The notes under the pieces were generated by a model that was not told the origin of the DNA, did not search any database, and saw only the letters and a list, made by a program, of their open reading frames with translations. Positions 32,134-33,750 of a stretch of DNA of 33,750 nucleotides are shown one piece after another. The stretch is taken from the NCBI GenBank assembly GCA_031389635.1, contig JANMST010000262.1:1-33750 (forward strand), given 5' to 3'. The stretch comes from Acidimicrobiia bacterium. GTDB taxonomy: Bacteria > Actinomycetota > Acidimicrobiia > Spongiisociales > ZC4RG35. How positions within the stretch are numbered: the first letter of the stretch is position 1; each line of letters begins with the position of its first letter. The translations under genes and the position numbers were made by a program.

Positions 32134-32716
32134 CTAACCGTTTGTTGCCTGATCGAACTCGGCTACGTAGATGGAGATCAGGTCGAGCGCCTCCGGCGTC
32201 AGCCGTGGCGTAGATACCCCACCCACAATTCGATAGAGCTGATCAAACCCGCCGGGATGCTCGGCGTCCGACCACGTCAGAAACCTGTCATAGGCGTTAG
32301 GCCCGAATTCCGAGAAATTGAAGGTGTGGATGAGGTCGGTGATTCGGCCGTCAGAAATCGTGAAGTTGAAACCTCCTGCAATCGGCGGATAGCCAACGAT
32401 TCTGCGGGTTGGTGGTCGTCATGTAGGTGCAAACGACCAGCGCTGGCGGTCCAGCAGCCATCCATCCCAGCAGCCGTTGGCGACGACGTTGGGACCGCCA
32501 CTGGTTGGCGAGCACCCCGCGGGCGATCCCATAGAGCCAGGGTCGCACCGTGGACCAATCGATCTCGTCTGCCCGACGGGAGGCGATCGCAAAGACGTCG
32601 GCAGCGGCGTCTTCAGCCTCGTTGCGACCGATCCGGCAGGCGCAGTAAGCCAGAACCTCGTCGGAGTGACTTCGGAAGAGCTCCTGGAGTCATGTGTTGC
32701 CCGTGTCGTCGGTCAT
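32134..32716 (-). pseudogene. Decayed ECF sigma-70 family gene (region 2 only, in-frame TGA, frameshift, no region 4)
   Basis: The reverse strand from the ATG at 32716 reads MTDDTGNT-TGA-LQELFRSHSDEVLAYCACRIGRNEAEDAAADVFAIASRRADEIDWSTVRPWLYGIARGVLANQWRSQRRRQRLLG. That frame dies at 32351. A start-less coding-like frame at 32137..32418 (GFNFTISDGRITDLIHTFNF...) continues in another frame. Confidence 0.5.
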
Positions 32717-32836
32717 TCCCGGCCCGAGATCGCTTGAGTGATCGCCACTAAGTTGTCCACCCAACCGCGGATCCTGACACGTGCCCGGGCACCTTGTCGG
32801 ACGCGGCACCGGAGCTAGCTCCCATAGACTCGACGG

Positions 32837-33466
32837 GTGCTGGAGCGGTTGCGAGCCCATCCCGGTTTGGTTGCCGTTGTCGGTGTCTATTACTTCGGGT
32901 TCCTGGCCCTGGGACTCGCCACCGGAAACACGCAGGTTCCCTACTACGCGGCCTTCATGGGGGTGCTCCTGGCGCTAGCCGCCTATTGGGACTCTCGCCG
33001 TCACTTCTCCAATCTGGTGCTGTGGGGATTGGCGCTGTGGGGTGCGTTGCACATGGCCGGAGGCATGATCCCGCTCTCCGGCCATCGAGTCCTTTACAAC
33101 TTTTGGCTGCTGCCCTTCGTCCGCTTCGACCATGTCGTACACGCCGTCGGCTTCGGCTTTGCGGGTATGGCATTCTGGGAATCGGTCCGACACACCGTTG
33201 ATCGGATCGTTGCTTCGGGAGCGGCAATCACCATGATGGGTGGCCTTGGCTTCGGCGCCCTCAACGAGATGGCGGAGTTCCTAATTACGCGAGTGGTCCC
33301 TGACACGAACATCGGAGAGTTCGAGAACACCGGCTGGGACCTGGTCGCCAACACCGTCGGCGCCGGCTTGGCGGCGCTGTGGGTACGCCGACAATGGACC
33401 CGTCAAGGAACCCGAAAGTCCCTTTTGGACGAACCTACGGCATCAATCCCGACAGCAGATCGATGA
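32837..33466 (+). CDS. Integral membrane protein (possibly YjdF/DUF2238-like)
   Basis: Several hydrophobic helices are present. Conserved-looking polar positions are FDHVVHAVGF and GALNEMAEFL. The family call is tentative. Confidence 0.7.
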   Translation: MLERLRAHPGLVAVVGVYYFGFLALGLATGNTQVPYYAAFMGVLLALAAYWDSRRHFSNLVLWGLALWGALHMAGGMIPLSGHRVLYNFWLLPFVRFDHVVHAVGFGFAGMAFWESVRHTVDRIVASGAAITMMGGLGFGALNEMAEFLITRVVPDTNIGEFENTGWDLVANTVGAGLAALWVRRQWTRQGTRKSLLDEPTASIPTADR

Positions 33467-33750
33467 CCTGTTGCAGGATCGCCGGGGTCTCGACTGTGTC
33501 GGCGGTTGTCGACTTGATCGTTCTGTCACCGACCTCGGCTGTGACCTCATAGAAGAAGAAGTCACAGCAGACGCCCTCAGGAGGCACGTATGTCTCCAGG
33601 AGCGCAGCGAATTCGGGACTCGCAACCATGTTGTGAAGGGTGGCGAGCTCTGCCTCGGGAAGGACCGACTCGCGCGCGGCATCTGCATCGTCGACCACAG
33701 TGACGACCCCGTCACTTTGCACGGTGACAGTGGTGGTAAAGCCGGCAAAT
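33435..33750 (-). CDS. Hypothetical protein, partial (frame stays open to the right edge of the window)
   Basis: ORF 33435..33722 begins at a GTG. The same frame remains open to 33750 (FAGFTTTVTVQSDGVV...). Its composition is acidic and coding-like. Confidence 0.5.
   Translation of the reverse strand, partial: FAGFTTTVTVQSDGVVTVVDDADAARESVLPEAELATLHNMVASPEFAALLETYVPPEGVCCDFFFYEVTAEVGDRTIKSTTADTVETPAILQQVIDLLSGLMP

Noticed and set aside
32690-32692. The in-frame TGA in the ECF sigma gene as recoding (selenocysteine or TGA sense codon)
   Set aside because: TGA is used as an ordinary stop by many well-supported genes in this window, and no SECIS-like context is evident. A nonsense mutation or sequencing error is the simpler explanation.
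1-33750. A mobile element, prophage or CRISPR interpretation of the accessory-looking region
   Set aside because: I found no integrase, transposase or recombinase, no tRNA attachment site, no long terminal repeats and no regularly spaced repeat-spacer array. The only repeats are the short hairpin elements listed above.

Overview
This is a GC-rich, actinobacterium-like chromosomal segment. The evidence is codon bias, frequent GTG/TTG starts, SARP/BTAD regulators and a deazaflavin-type enzyme. I support about 30 protein-coding genes. I saw no rRNA, tRNA, CRISPR array, transposase or integrase. Ordinary enzymes are present: an F420-type nitroreductase, a polyprenyl synthase, two flavin amine-oxidase-type enzymes, a RibD-C/DHFR-like protein, two VOC/glyoxalase proteins, a condensation-domain protein and a lipoprotein. 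These are interspersed with signalling or conflict-type genes: (a) three giant TPR regulators, namely cyclase-ATPase-TPR at 4618..7728, TPR-wHTH-BTAD at 16495..18684 and SARP-ATPase-TPR-HTH at 23122..26961; (b) an overlapping operon of a 931-aa CHAT (caspase-fold) protein and a ComEC-type MBL hydrolase at 18806..22698; (c) a DUF2235/Tle1-like hydrolase; (d) a cNMP-binding protein followed by a DUF4062-cyclase gene that appears internally deleted. My best candidates for an undescribed system are three. First, the CHAT+MBL pair bracketed by SARP/STAND regulators. Second, an unannotated 30-codon ORF at 27079..27171 directly downstream of the SARP-ATPase-TPR-HTH gene. It has a strong RBS and encodes a canonical signal peptide plus a C-terminal hexapeptide, which resembles an RRNPP/arbitrium-like receptor-propeptide layout outside Firmicutes. 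Third, the cNMP-sensor/cyclase cassette, which is Pycsar-like in layout. Several structured intergenic repeats and a decayed ECF sigma gene are also reported. All family calls come from motif recognition by eye. No database search was possible.
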